A DNA stretch of 64,000 bases, from NCBI RefSeq assembly GCF_006345805.1, contig NC_043010.1, positions 43,834,001 through 43,898,000 of the forward strand, given 5' to 3'. Source of the DNA: Octopus sinensis. Lineage: Eukaryota. The position numbers and the translations under genes were made by a program. Below are positions 24,905-38,735 of the stretch, in pieces (within the stretch, counting starts at the first letter, position 1; each line of letters begins with the position of its first letter). Below the pieces are notes generated by a model that saw only the letters and a list, made by a program, of their open reading frames with translations, was not told the DNA's origin and made no database searches.

Positions 24905-25285
24905 TCTTTTACTTGTTTCAGTCATTTGACTGCGGCCATGCTGGAGCACCGCCTTTCGTCAAGCAAATCAACCCCGGGACTTATTCTATCGGTCTCTTTT
25001 GCCGAACTGCTAAGTAACGGGGATGTAAACACACCAGCATCGGTTGTCAAGCAATGCTAGGGGGAAAAACACAGACACACAAAAATATACACACACATAC
25101 ATATATATATATATACATATATACGACAGGCTTCTTTCAGTTTCCGTCTACCAAATCCACTCACAAGGCTTTGGTCGGCCCGAGGCTATAGCAGAAAACA
25201 CTTGCCCAAGATGCCACGCAGTGGGACTGAACCTGGAACCATGTGGTTGATTAGCAAGCTACTTACCACACAGCCACTCCTGCGC
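24905..25285 (-). mobile_element. SINE family 2
   Basis: Full head-to-tail reverse-complement match to 19322-19735. Confidence 0.85.
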
Positions 25286-25699
25286 CTATTAAAATTCTTG
25301 ATTAAAATTCTTCAAGATGGTGCCTCAGCATGGCTGCAGTCTAATGACTTAAATAAAAAAAAAAAATCTCTCTCCCTCTCTCTATATATATATATACACA
25401 CACATTTAATACTTCATTGATGGGAGGTGTTAAGGGCGAGGTGGGTGATAAAGAAAAAGACGGATGGAGGCATGGGGAAGAGATGTGGGTGTGGGATGGG
25501 AGAGAGATGGCTTATAATAATTTTTATAATGTGTTTGATTGTGTATAAGCACATATATATATATATATGTGTGTTGGGTATTGTGAGAAAATATTGACTC
25601 CTTATTTATTGTGAGGAAAGTGGTAATGCATTAAGGGCCTGCCCTTATACTCAACTAGTTGGCTAAAATATACTTCCATTCATGAGGGCAAGAGGAAAA

Positions 25700-26345
25700 A
25701 TTTTAACTTTTAAAGTCCTGATAGGTTCTGTGTGGAAGGTGTTTTTCAATATGATCATTTTCTGTTAAACAGAATCTGCATCTCCTACTGCTGTTGAAGC
25801 AAGGTCAACACTTTTCTAGAAATCTTCACTCAATGTTATATTGTGCAAAGTTTTATTTAAATATCCATCTCCTGGATATCGAATGATGCCTTCTGTTGTG
25901 CCAATATATTTCCATATATTCAATACTCTATTGCGATTCTTTGAGACAATCTCCACTTCATACATGGTACTTTTTGCATTGCACTGACTGTTTAATGGGC
26001 ATGTGGAGATTCCTCTGCATGAGCAACTTGCATCTGTAGAAGGTTTGAGCCTATCTACTGAAACTCTTTTTAATACCAGGTGCATGACTAAAAGAGACTC
26101 TCAAATTAAGCCAATAAAAATTTTCCTATACTTATGTGCCTGTGGAAAATGCTTATCCACTAAACTAACATCCTACCTACACAAATTTTATCATTAAGAG
26201 AAAATGGGCATTTTCTCTTGATGGGTTAGGGCCAGGCATATAAGTTATCCTGTCTTTGAAACTGCAAACAGCCATGGTTTCACTGTAGAATGAGGTCTTG
26301 GCATCAAAGATCTCTTTTCTTGAAAATGTAATGGATAGAGGGAAA
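25700..26345 (-). mobile_element. Naiad-type PLE 3' fragment with GIY-YIG
   Basis: SCSCRGISTCPLNSQCNAKSTMYEVEIV..YIGTTEG, with thumb region FSRKEIFDAKTSFYSE upstream. Confidence 0.75.
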
Positions 26346-27571
26346 GGAACAGGTATCTTGCTGAAGAAGTGAACACACAGCTTCCTCAACTGGAGAGAGA
26401 GGGGGAGGATGGGAAGAGAGAGAAAGAGAGAGAGTACTCTCAAGGTACATGGTAAATATGTGAGAATAAAGAGAGGAACAGAAAGGATGGGTGGATAGGT
26501 AAATGTGCTTGAATATGAAAAAATGTGGCAGATTAGAGATGGGAACTGAGGTGAACACAGTGCATATCAGTCTGGGGGAAGGATGTATTGGAAATTGTAG
26601 TCGGGGAAGAGGAGGTGATAAGGGACAATAGTAGGGTACAACGTGAAGTGGGGTAATGGGTGCAATGAATAATAGCTTCTTGTCATATTTCTTTGCTAGC
26701 ATGAGTTGGATGGGTTGTCACAGACATTTCACTTCTTATTGGAAGCCATTGACATTTGTATGTCATTCTGGCTACTTTTCTACGGACAAATGTTTTTTTT
26801 TTTTTGGTATCAACATTAAAGAGAATATGAAGTCCTTGGTAAGACAGAGCTAAACAGAGCTCCCATCCCAAATTTTCTTCTGCCTTACCAACCATTCAAG
26901 AGCATCAGGAAAGGTAGCTTTTGTTATTGCATCAGCACAGTAGGGTAGAGAGTATGCAGTATCTTCAGTCGTTTACTTTTGCTCACATGATGTGACAAAG
27001 GAAAGAATAAGAGAGTGAGATGACAGCAATAAGGTCAGAATGGATGCATGAAGGGAACAAGAGTTATGTTGTCTTGACTATATGTACCTATCTCAGAATA
27101 CTGAGTACTCCCATCACTCACCCCTACCATACAGCCCTCTCTATCTTTTGCTTCTCATTCTATAAAGAGGCTGGCAAGCAGAGATATGGGGTTGTGAGGT
27201 ACCTTTAGTCATGTCAAGAATATGACTGGTATAACAAATACTTTGCCTAGTACACAATGCAAATTCCAAGGCTTTGTAGTGCTGGTTCCATAAACACTGT
27301 AAAGTAGTTGGTGTTAGGAAGGGTATCTGGTCACAGAAACCAAGTCAAAGATTAAACATGGGTGAAACGAGGTCTTCTGATCTTGGCGAGCAGTACACCT
27401 AAATACATGCTGATACCAACCACGGCGACCTATGCAATTTATTCTAAAAATGTGGACATAAAATGTGTATGTAAACATAGCTATCACTTGAAAGCAAGTT
27501 TGACTTATTAGCTTATACCACGTTGTCGTTGTTTTAGATTACTGTAGTTTTACGCAGATATAGACACATAC

Positions 27572-27790
27572 TTTGCCTCCCACAACTGACCCAGCAGAAC
27601 ATCGAGAATGTGACAGCTGGAGAGATAAGACTGCACCAGCACCTGTTGATCATTTACAGAAGGATCGAACCTAAAACATGGGTGGGAACTGAACTTTATA
27701 ACCACTTTCTCTTTACCTATCCCATGTCTTCTTATCTCATCTGTTGTTTTCTCTTGTTTTGTTTCTGGTATCTGAGCTTGTCTCCTTTTT
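27572..27790 (-). CDS. Candidate coding exon (219 nt, phase 2-2) of an unidentified minus-strand gene divergent from CPEB
   Basis: tttgttttcacttcag|AAAAAGG...GAGGCAAA|gtatgt. 72 open codons: KRRQAQIPETKQEKTTDEIRRHGIGKEKVVIKFSSHPCFRFDPSVNDQQVLVQSYLSSCHILDVLLGQLWEA. In-frame alternative acceptor at 27670. No in-frame ATG, so it is absent from the ORF track. Confidence 0.45.
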
Positions 27791-29439
27791 CTGAAGTGAA
27801 AACAAATTTAAGCTAATCTTGAGTTATATACACACATACATATACATACATACACAAATATATATTTTTTTATCGATGCACCGTCTACATTGGTTGCTAT
27901 TCAGAATCTCGTGTCCTGTTCTCAAATGTAGCGAGAAACTCAGAGTAGCAGCACACCAAAGTTTTCGTTAAATATTTTACTCTATCTAATGTACAGTGTA
28001 CATTTTCCCACGTCAATGCCATTCAAACCATTGTGAACCCATGATCATATATATATATATATATATATACACAAACATATACATACATACACAGACAGAA
28101 AGATAGATAGACACACACACATACATACACGTTTATATCGACAGAATTATGACGAAGATCAGACTTTATATCTAAATATATATATATATACACACACACA
28201 GTGTGTATATGTTTTCATATACAATATGATACTAAAATAATTATAAATATCTCTAATAATTATTGATACTACTACTACATCCCCCTACACATAAATTATA
28301 CTGACAGTTATGTAGAGCTACAGGCATAAATTACAACCATTCTATCATGTAATGCTACTGAAAATTCCAACATAATATAATACGATATACATTCACTGTA
28401 TTACGCACACGGACTTTTTATCACCCTTACAATATTGCTCACATTTCTCTTGTATAACGATTTCTTTTAACTAGAGAGAGAGAGAAAAAAAAAGATGTAG
28501 TCAACAGAGACAAGGGAGTAATAAAAGTCTTAGACGACCTAAAGAAACAACTAAAACACCCATATGGGTTTTAGGCCGGGCCTCTACTTTTTGCGCTGTC
28601 ACTAACACCTCGCATACATTCATGAATCAATACTCACACGCAATCAATATCACATACCATTCATGCACACTGATGGAAGAAAAACGAAGACATTTTTCAC
28701 ATATAACACAAGCACACAGTTGAGTTTATTCACGTCCACGCAACAACCCCCAGAAATAAAGATACATACGTGTAAAATGCTGCTGAAACACAACCACACA
28801 CACATATTCATCATAACTTAGACACTAAAAAAAAAAAATATTAGTCCTTTTACGTAATTCTAAATTAGATATATATGGATATATATATATATATATATAC
28901 ATACAACAGCAGGGAATATAAAAAGCCGTAAAATATGCATATGCTCATACAGGTAGACAAATGTACGAAAATACATAAATTATCGTCACACATCCACAAC
29001 ACACATACGAAGACCGATTTTTAAATCTTTGTACGTGTCATGTGAAATCTCGTTCAAATGATAATCAGTGACATTCGGTATATTTTTGTAATCACATTCG
29101 CACACAAACACGCATACATGTATGTACGTACGTACAAACATTCTCATGTATATTTACACATACATAAGTAATGAGTTTTTAGTCACATATTTGCAGCAAA
29201 CAAAAAAAAATCATTCATACATCCATGCATACAACCACACATACATATGTGTGTGTGTTGAATCTGTGAAAATTTGTGAAAATTGCTCACCCAATAAGCA
29301 ATTATAAATACACAGAGGACTAGAAATATGCATACACGAGCAAACAAGTTATATATGCACATTTTACACACAGATTAACACTGAATTCTACAACTAAGAT
29401 ATATGACAAAAGTTAATGACTGCAGAATAAGTCTCGTTC

Positions 29440-29889
29440 AGACGTTAGTACCCATCAGCCCTTAGCTGTTGGTAGCCGGAGTAGATGTAGTAGCAGCAGT
29501 GAAAGTAGCAAATTGTAAGAAACAGCATCTGCAGCAGCAGTAGCAACATCAGCAACACAAATACTGCAATATGTGTAAAATTTATCAGCAGCATCATCAG
29601 TGAGCAGGGGGGTGGCTATAGAGAATAAGTCTCAATATCGTCAGGGAGGCCGTGTAATAAAGCCATAATACTGCTGGAGGTGGAAAAGAGAGAGAGAGCG
29701 AGCGAGATAGAGATATACAACGAGGGGGAAAAAAATAAAAAAAGAGAGAGAGACACAGGAAGAAAGAGGGGGAGAAAGAAAAGAGTAAGATATTGAGAGA
29801 AAGAACAGGAATATCACTAGAACAAACCAGCAGGACATAGGCTCTCTACGCAACACAACCAAGCAAGGAGGAAAGAAACAAGAGGTGCG
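29440..29889 (+). promoter_or_regulatory. Putative promoter / non-coding first exon region of the CPEB gene
   Basis: TE-free, relatively CpG-retaining zone (~27.4-31 kb) with (GCA)n- and GA-rich leader-like sequence ending at TGCG|GTAAAA (29889/29890). A similar site occurs at 30111. Inference only. Confidence 0.3.
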
Positions 29890-30000
29890 GTAAAATTCTA
29901 TTATATATAATATATATATATTATATTATATATATATAAATATATCTTTTTAGAAAATCCAATATTTTTGTTCAAGTATCACGTATGTGTGTATGTATAC

Positions 30001-30045
<45 letters not shown>

Positions 30046-30549
30046 CCTATCTATTTATCTGTCTATCTCAAAGAACGATAAAAAAATTAAGGTGGTGATG
30101 AAGTGACTGCGGTAAAAGAAAAAAGAGAAGTGAGAAAGAAAAAGGAAAAAAAAAAAAAAGACGTTTATGGTGACCCGTTGGATGAAATTATGTGTAACGT
30201 ATGATCAATTGTTAATGATGTTGCTTTTCTATATTTTAGCTTCCATTAGAAATATATCGTTGCAGATCATCTAGCCACACAAATTTCAGTCTAATTATTG
30301 CTATCGTTACCTTTATTTATTTATTGATTGATTGATTGTTCAACATTATTACTACTAATCTTACGACTACCATCATTTCTGTTAATGGTAAGGGAGAGAA
30401 CAGCGAGAAAGATAGACATACTTTCAGATATATTTGATGTAGAATGTGCATGTATAAAATGTATCAGTGGGTGTGTATATGTATGTATAAATTTATTAGA
30501 TGTAGCTATATACGTGTGCGTGGGGTATATATATATATATATATGTATG

Positions 30550-30580
<31 letters not shown>

Positions 30581-31293
30581 ATGTATGTATATATGTGTGT
30601 GTATATACAATACGTTTATGAATTAAACGTATGTATAGATGAGTAAGTGTGTGTGTGTATCTAGTTGGTATTGCATGAACATACGTAAATGTCTTGGATG
30701 CCCAGCTATAATCCGTAACATAACGATCAAACCTCAGATATACGGATAAAACTGTGTGTACGTTGTATTAAAAATATTTAGGCATATAAAATATGTATAT
30801 GGCTATAAATTAGTATCTAACTGCGTGTATGTATTGAATGTATGCATCTGTCTGTCTCGCCATATATGTGAGCTTGTGTCTCTCTCTATATATACGTACA
30901 CACATACATATACAGATATACGCATATAGAGCAGATTTATAAGCTTACAGACACATATACACACGTACATTTTCATATATGTACACACACACGCAGACAA
31001 TTCGTAATTTCGTCCGAGCGTTGGGACCTACGCTGTGCGATATTCATTTCGTCACCTATGTAATCTGAGTTCAAATCGGACCGACGTCGGCCTTACCTTC
31101 CATCATTCCAGGTAGATTAATTGAGTATATGGACAGAATTCTTTCTTCACCCATCTCGCCCCTCTCTATGTGGAAAATCTACGAAGCACAGTAATGCCTC
31201 TATTCAACAATCAAGCCATAGAAACGATTGGGAAATTTACAAGGTTCAACCAAAGCAGTGATATCTATCCGTCTATCAATCACCTCCCCCTCG

Positions 31294-31341
<48 letters not shown>

Positions 31342-31613
31342 AATATACACAATACACGAACACATATATATTACATTATATACACAGACATATAAAAATG
31401 GATATGTGTGTGTGGGGGTATCCTTGAATATGTGTTTGTATGTGTATCCATGTACATGGATATATTTATATGACTGTGTATGCGTGTATCCATGTATATC
31501 GATATATATATATATATGTGTGTGTATATATATTCATATATATGGAGATATATAAGTATTCTATGTATCCGTATAACTATATATATATATATATATAGGT
31601 ACCTTTTACGTTT

Positions 31614-31713
31614 NNNNNNNNNNNNNNNNNNNNNNNNNNNNNNNNNNNNNNNNNNNNNNNNNNNNNNNNNNNNNNNNNNNNNNNNNNNNNNNNNNNNNNN
31701 NNNNNNNNNNNNN
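31614..31713. other. Assembly gap (100 N)
   Basis: Run of N. Confidence 0.99.
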
Positions 31714-31714
31714 A

Positions 31715-32935
31715 GTGAATCCAGCATGGTTTTCGACAGGTAGGAGCTGCCTGACCCAGCACTTACAACATTATGACTGGGTATTGAGGCAGTTACTCAA
31801 CAAATCAAAAGCTTTTGACAAGGTGGATCATAGTATGATATGCCACAAACTGCGTGACCTCAGCATAGCTGGAAAACTTGGAGTGTGGTTACATGACTTC
31901 CTGAAAGATAGGAGTCAGGCAGTGGTGGTTAATGGAGCCACCTCTATGAACACACAAATAGTGAGCGGTGTTCCACAGGGCACTGTCTTGGGACCACTGC
32001 TTTTTATTGTGGCCCTCTCAGATATGCCCTCAAATACCCAGATAGCCACTCTGGCAAGCTATGCAAACGATACGAAAGTCTCGCAGAAAATACAAAACCC
32101 CAGCGATGTTGCACAAGTGCAGTAGGAGTTGGACTCAATCTACAGATGGGCTGAGGATAATAATATGCAGTTTAATGCTGAAAAATTCCAAGCCTTGTGC
32201 TACCAGCAACCAAAACTGAATATGAAACTTACAGGGTACTCCGGTCCACAGGGAATTTCAATCCCAGAGCCTTAGTCAGTGAGGGACCTGGGTATCTAAG
32301 TGCACATTACCAGGATGGCAACAAAGTGCAGAGGACTGGCTGGCTGGATCCTAAGAACATTCAGAACCAGAGATAAGGAAACCATGATGGTCCTCTGGCG
32401 GACATTTGTACTCAGCCGCCAGGATTACTCCTCCCAGCTATGGTCACCCACAGCGGACCTTGAAGCAATCCAGAGAAGATTCACAAAAAAGATCATCTCT
32501 TTGCAACAGCTCAGCTACTGGGAAAGGTTGAAACAGCTAAGACTCTACTCCCTGGAGAGAAGACAGGAGGGTATGCAGTAATATATATCTGGAAGATCCT
32601 GGGAGGAATTGTGCCAAATTTTGGCATTGTAAGCTACACCAATGCTAGAACGGGACGACACTGCATAGTGCCAAGGATCTCAGCAATGCCATCACGCTTC
32701 AGGACCAGCTACTGCAACAGCCTGGGTTTCAAGGGCCCACAGCTCTTTAATATTCTCCCAAAGAGTCTGAGGAACTTGCACAAAGTAGATGTAGCGATTT
32801 TTAAATCAAAGCTGGACATCTTCCTGTTGAGAGTCCCAGATGAACCTACCTCACGGCAAGAGGTGCAAATGAGGGCAGCTATATCAAACTCCATTCTTCA
32901 CCAAGTGCCACATATTAGAGGAGGCTCTTAGTAAT
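31715..32935 (+). mobile_element. CR1-like LINE, RT C-terminal half and 3' end
   Basis: GRSCLTQ, KAFDKVDH, SGVPQGTVLGPLLF, YANDTKV, FRTRDKETM, ERLKQLRLYSLERR. Confidence 0.9.
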
Positions 32936-33039
32936 AACAGTGTAGCACAAAATGTCTGTGCATCAGCATGGCCGCAGCTATGAGCTGAAACTGGAGAGAA
33001 AAAGAAATATGAATCTAAATATTTATATATATGAGAGAA

Positions 33040-33742
33040 ATGCTGGACATAAGAAACATCAGATGTGGTGTGCAAGAGCGACGCCTGCGATGGTATGGTC
33101 ATGTACTGCGGATGGATGAGGAGAGATGTGTGAAGAAGTGCCGCTCCTAAACAGTTGATGGTATCGGGGGAGAGGTAGACCCAGGAAGACATGAGATGAG
33201 GTGGTCAAGCATGACCTCAGAGCGTTGGGCCTCACAGAGGCAATGACGAAGGACCGAGATCTCTGGAGATATGCTGTGACTGCAAAGACCCGGGCTGCTT
33301 CCTGCAGCAGTTCCGCATAGGCCCAGCCCATTCAAAGTACCTTGTATTTCAGAACAACCTGCTGTGCTTGAGGAGACCTATTGAGTCAAGTACATGAACA
33401 TCGAAATAAATATCAAATGGAAATAGTAGTTGTGATACCTGTGCCGGTGGCACATAAAAAGCACTATCCGAATCGTGGCCAAAGCCAGCGCCACCTTGAC
33501 TGGCTTCTGTGCCGGTGGCACGTAAAAAGCACCAACCCATCGTGGCTGCTGCTAGACTCACCTGGCACCTGTGCCGGTGGCATGTAAAAAGCACTCATGG
33601 AGTGGTTGGCGTTAGGAATGGCATCCAGCTGTAGAAACACTGCCAGATCAGACTGGAGCCTGGTGCAGCCTCCTGGCTTCCCGACCACGGTCGAACCGTC
33701 CAACCCATGCTAGCATGGAAAACGGACGTTAAACGATGATGA
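33040..33742 (+). mobile_element. RTE-type LINE 3' end (ORF C-terminus, hairpin-module 3' UTR, GAT tail)
   Basis: VQERRLRWYGHVLRMDEERCVKKC..GRPRK..VVKHDLRALGLTEAMTKDRDLWRYAV, followed by 3 modules. Confidence 0.85.
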
Positions 33743-33746
33743 TGTA

Positions 33747-33787
<41 letters not shown>

Positions 33788-33904
33788 GTATATGTATATA
33801 TATTATGTATATATTTATTTATGTATATATATATTTATGTATATGTATATATTTATATATGTATATATATATATTTATATATGTATATATATATATATAT
33901 ATAT

Positions 33905-34205
33905 TTGTAGGACAAGATACTGTGATAGCCTGGGCTTCCGAGGCCCACAGCTCTTCAATATCCTCCCGAAGAACCTAAGAGACCTGCATGGGGTGGATGC
34001 AGATGTCTTAAAATGAAACTGGATCTCTTCTTGTCAGGTGTCCCAGATGAACAACTTCACGGCAGGAGGTGCAGAGAGGGCAGCTGCATCGAACTCTCTC
34101 ATGCACCAGATGGCATTTGCTAAAAAGCATTTGTGAAGTAAAATCATGTAGCAACACCAAATTGCGGTGCCCCAGCATGGCCACAGCTTGTGAGCTGAAA
34201 CTAAA
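33905..34205 (+). mobile_element. CR1-like LINE extreme 3' fragment
   Basis: [21 protein letters not shown]; homologous to 32700-32935. Confidence 0.8.
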
Positions 34206-34244
34206 TAAAATAAAATTAAATAAAATAAATAATAAAAAAAAATA

Positions 34245-34459
34245 TTTATATATGTATATATATATATATTCATATATGTATATATATATATTTATATGTA
34301 TATATATATTTTTATATGTATATATATATGTATATATGTATATATATATGTGTATATATGTATATATATATATGTATATATATGTATATATGTGTATATG
34401 TATGTATTTATGTATATATATATATGTATATATATGTATATATGTGATATGTATGTATT

Positions 34460-34499
<40 letters not shown>

Positions 34500-35018
34500 T
34501 GTATTATATGTGTATATATGTATATATATGTGTATATATGTATTATATGTGTATATGTGTATATATATATGTGTATATATGTATATATATATGTGTATAT
34601 ATGTATATATATGTGTATATGTGTATATATATATTATATGTATTTATATGTATATATATATATATGTATTATATGTATATATATATATATATGTATATAT
34701 ATTATATACATGTGTATATATATATACATGTGTATATATATATACATGTGTATATATATACATGTGTATATATATATATACATGTGTATATATATATACA
34801 TGTGTATATATATATACATGTGTATATATATATATGTATATATTCATATATATATGTATATATATATGTATGTATATATGTATATATATATATGTATGTC
34901 ATCATCATCGTCTTTAACGTCTGTTCTCCATGCTAGCATGGGTTGGACATATGATATATATATATATATATATATGTATGTATATATGTATGTATATATG
35001 TATATATATATATGTATG

Positions 35019-35051
<33 letters not shown>

Positions 35052-35480
35052 GTATGTATATATGTATATATATATATGTATGTATATATGTATATATATA
35101 TATATATATGTATGTATATATGTAAATATATATATGTATATATGTGTGTATATATGTATGTATATATGTATGTATATATATATGTATGTATATATATATG
35201 TATGTATATATGTATATATATATATATAGTATGTATATATGTATATATATATATATGTATGTATATATGTATATATATATATATGTATGTATATATGTAA
35301 ATATATATATGTATGTATATATGTAAATATATATATGTATATATATATATATGTATGTATATATGTAAATATATATATGTATATATGTGTATATATATAC
35401 GTATGTTTATATTTAAATATATATGTATATATGTGTATATATATATATATTTGTGTGTGTGTGTATATATATATATATAT
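34245..35480. repeat. Compound (TA)n/(TATG)n microsatellite tract
   Basis: Visible low-complexity tract, split at ~34900-34950 by a short RTE/SINE tail. Confidence 0.95.
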
Positions 35481-35499
35481 GTAGGGCTCTACAGATAGA

Positions 35500-37015
35500 T
35501 ATAAAAACAGAGGCAATGATGATCAATTACATCAATATAAAAGAAGACGATGTAATTAGGGCTATAGCTGAAATGAACCCAAACTCAGCTACTGGCCCTG
35601 ATGGATTCCCAGCAATCCTTCTAAAAGTATGTAAGCGAGCCCTAGCAAGAACACTGCAGTTCCTCTTTCAGAGCTTCCTTGCAACTGGGAAACTTTCAAG
35701 CAAACTGAAGGCGGTAAAATATGCCCTATTCATAAATGAGATAGCAGAGCAGAGGCCAAGAACTACAGACCTATCTCTCTGACCTCACACGTCAGCAAGG
35801 TCATGGAACGAATAGTTAGAAGGAAACTAATTGCCTTCCTTGAAGAAAATGACTTGCTGCCTGACACACAACATTTTTTCGACCAGGAAGATGCTGCCTC
35901 ACTCAGCTCTTACAACACTATGACTGGGTTTCTGAAAAAGCTGCTCAACCACTCAAATGTGGAAGTGATATATCTCAACTTTGCAGAGGCCTTTGAGAAA
36001 GTTGTTCATGGAATGATATAGCACAAACTGCATGATGTTGACATAGTCAGACAACTAGGGGAATGGCTGCATGACTTTCTGAAGTATAGAAGTCAGGTGG
36101 TAGTAGCCAATGGAGCCACCTCCAATGCCATGCAAATAGTGAGTAGTGTTCTGCAAGGCACTGTTCCGCAAGGAAACTACCACGGCACTGTACAAAATAG
36201 GACCCCTATTCCTGCCTAATGGCTCACTGACAGTGGACCCCAAATGGATAAGTGAAGTGCTCAGTGCACAATTCAAGTGTTTTCACTTCTTCTCTGAGTC
36301 ACACGCAGATAAAGAACCCAGCTGATTTCTTTGACGATATCACTCAGCAGAAAAAGACTGCATACATTACCTACATTGATATTGAAGAGGAAGACATAAT
36401 AGCAGCCATAAATGAAATGAGCTCAAATTTGGCAACTGGCCCCAATGGTTTCCAAGCTGTCCTCCTAAAGTTATGTAAACAAGAATTAGCAGGACCACTC
36501 CGAATACTCTTCCAGAGTTTCCTTGCAAGTGCTAAACTTCCCAAAAAGCTGGAGGAAGCCATCATATGTCTTATCCATAAAGGTGGAAGCGGAGCAGAGA
36601 CTGGGAACTATAGGCCCATCTCTCTGACTTCACATATTAGCAAAGTCATGGAACAAATTGTCAGAAGGAGGTTGATTGCCTTCCTAGAAGAAAATGACTT
36701 GCTGAATAAAACCCAGCATGGTTTCCATCCAGGTTGAAGCTGCCTCACACAGCTCTTGCAGCATTATGACTGGGTCCTGAAGCAGCTTCTTGACCATTCA
36801 AATGTTGATGTGATATATCTCAACTTTGCAAAGGTTTTTGACAAAGTTGATCATGGCATGATTTGTCACAAGCTGTGAAACCTTGGTATAGCTGGTAAAT
36901 TTGGAGAGTGGCTGTATGACTTCCTGAATGGTAGAAGTCAGACAGTTGCAGCCAATGGAGAATTATCTAGGGAAATGCAAATATTGAGTAGTGTTCCTCA
37001 AGGAACTGTCCTTGC
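35500..37015 (+). mobile_element. Two tandem CR1-like RT N-terminal fragments
   Basis: MNPNSATGPDGFPAILLK and SSNLATGPNGFQAVLLK..NYRPISLTSHISKVMEQIV..QHGF..AKVFDKVDH. Confidence 0.85.
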
Positions 37016-37254
37016 CACCTGACTGGACCTTGTGCGGGTGGCACATAAAAGCACCCACTACACTCTCAGAGTGGTTGGTTTTAGGAAGGACATCCAGCTG
37101 TAGAAACTCTGCCAGATCAGATTGGAGTTTGGTGCAGCCATCTGGCTTGCCAGTCTTCAGTCAAACTGTCCAAGCCATGCCAGCATGGAAAGTGGACATT
37201 AAACGATGATGATGATATGTGTGTGTGTGTATATATATATATATATGTGTATCA

Positions 37255-37735
37255 TCATCATCATCATCATCATTTAGCGTCCGTTTTCCATGCTAGCATG
37301 GGTTGGACGGTTCTCCTGGGGTCTGTGAAGCCAGAAGGCTTCATCAGGCCCAGTCAAATCTGGCAGTGTTTCTACGGCTGGATGCCCTTCCTAACGCCAA
37401 CCACTCCGTGAGTGTAGTGGGTGCTTTTTACGTGCCACCCGCACTGGTGCCAGACAGAGCTGGCAAACGGCCACGAACGGATGGTGCTTTTTATGTGCCA
37501 CCGGCACGAGGGCCAGGCGAGGCTGGCAACGGACACGAAACGGGGCGGTGCTGGCAACGGTCGCGAAACGGAAAGTTCTCTTACATGCCACCGGCACTGG
37601 TAACACATCTGCAATTTCCATTGATCGATTTCGATTCTGATCCTCACTTGCCTCAATGGATCTTCACAAGCAGAGTTTCGACATGCCACCGGCACTGGTA
37701 GCACATCCGCAATTTCCATTGATCGATTTCGATTA
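37255..37735 (-). mobile_element. RTE 3' UTR / SINE with 4-5 hairpin modules
   Basis: Reverse complement of the 33380-33742 family; GTGCTTTTT(A)CGTGCCACC repeats. Confidence 0.8.
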
Positions 37736-38134
37736 TATATATTTAAAGTTAATCCAAACAAGAAAACACAGAAAAAAAGAGAAAAAAACACACAGCAACG
37801 CAGGACGTGGAACAATTAAAGTATTATTGACGCTCAGGAATATATATATATATAGCCTGTTGTTATGTCTTGTTATTATTATTATTGTTTTCTTTTGTAT
37901 TATTTTTCTATTCGTGTAACATCGTCCGTTTTTCTGTCCTTGTTTCGTATATAATTTGAAGCTTTTCCCCAAGGAATCTAATGCTGGCCAGATTGGAGCA
38001 ATCTCAAGATTAATCAGCCGAAATTGCAAGGATGATCTGGTTCTTGACTGAATATTAAAGGCTTCGAATAACTTATCCGTATTTTTTGTATCGTCTATCT
38101 GGATGTTTTGTGTTGTTGTCCCACTTTGTATTTT

Positions 38135-38198
38135 TATATATGTATATATATGTGTTGTGTTATATATATATATATATATATATATATCTATATATATA

Positions 38199-38238
<40 letters not shown>

Positions 38239-38251
38239 TATATACATACAC

Positions 38252-38287
<36 letters not shown>

Positions 38288-38465
38288 CACACGTATGTAT
38301 GTATATATATGTATGTAAATATATATATGTATGTATGTATATATATATGTATGTATGTATTATATATGGATGTATGTATATATATATATATGTATGTATA
38401 TATATATATATATGTATGTATGTATATATATATATATATATGTATTATGTATATATATAGGTATG

Positions 38466-38500
<35 letters not shown>

Positions 38501-38505
38501 GTATG

Positions 38506-38536
<31 letters not shown>

Positions 38537-38655
38537 ATATGTATGTAGTATCTATGTATGTATGTATGTATGTATATATGTATGTATATATATATGTATG
38601 TATATATGTATGTATGATATATATGTATGTATATATATATGTATGTATATATAGT
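38135..38655. repeat. (TA)n/(TATG)n microsatellite
   Basis: Low-complexity tract. Confidence 0.95.
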
Positions 38656-38735
38656 CAGTAAAAAAGGGTAGTAGAATTAATTAATTGTTAATCAATTCGA
38701 CCAAGCAGTATTCGGTATGTAAAAGGACCATTACA

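Noticed and set aside
33736-35516. Long Y/I/C/M/V-rich ORFs (also at 38.1-40.2 kb, 43.1-43.6 kb, 53.4-54.1 kb and 56.4-56.9 kb)
   Set aside because: Translations of (TA)n/(TG)n microsatellites that lack stop codons; not genes.
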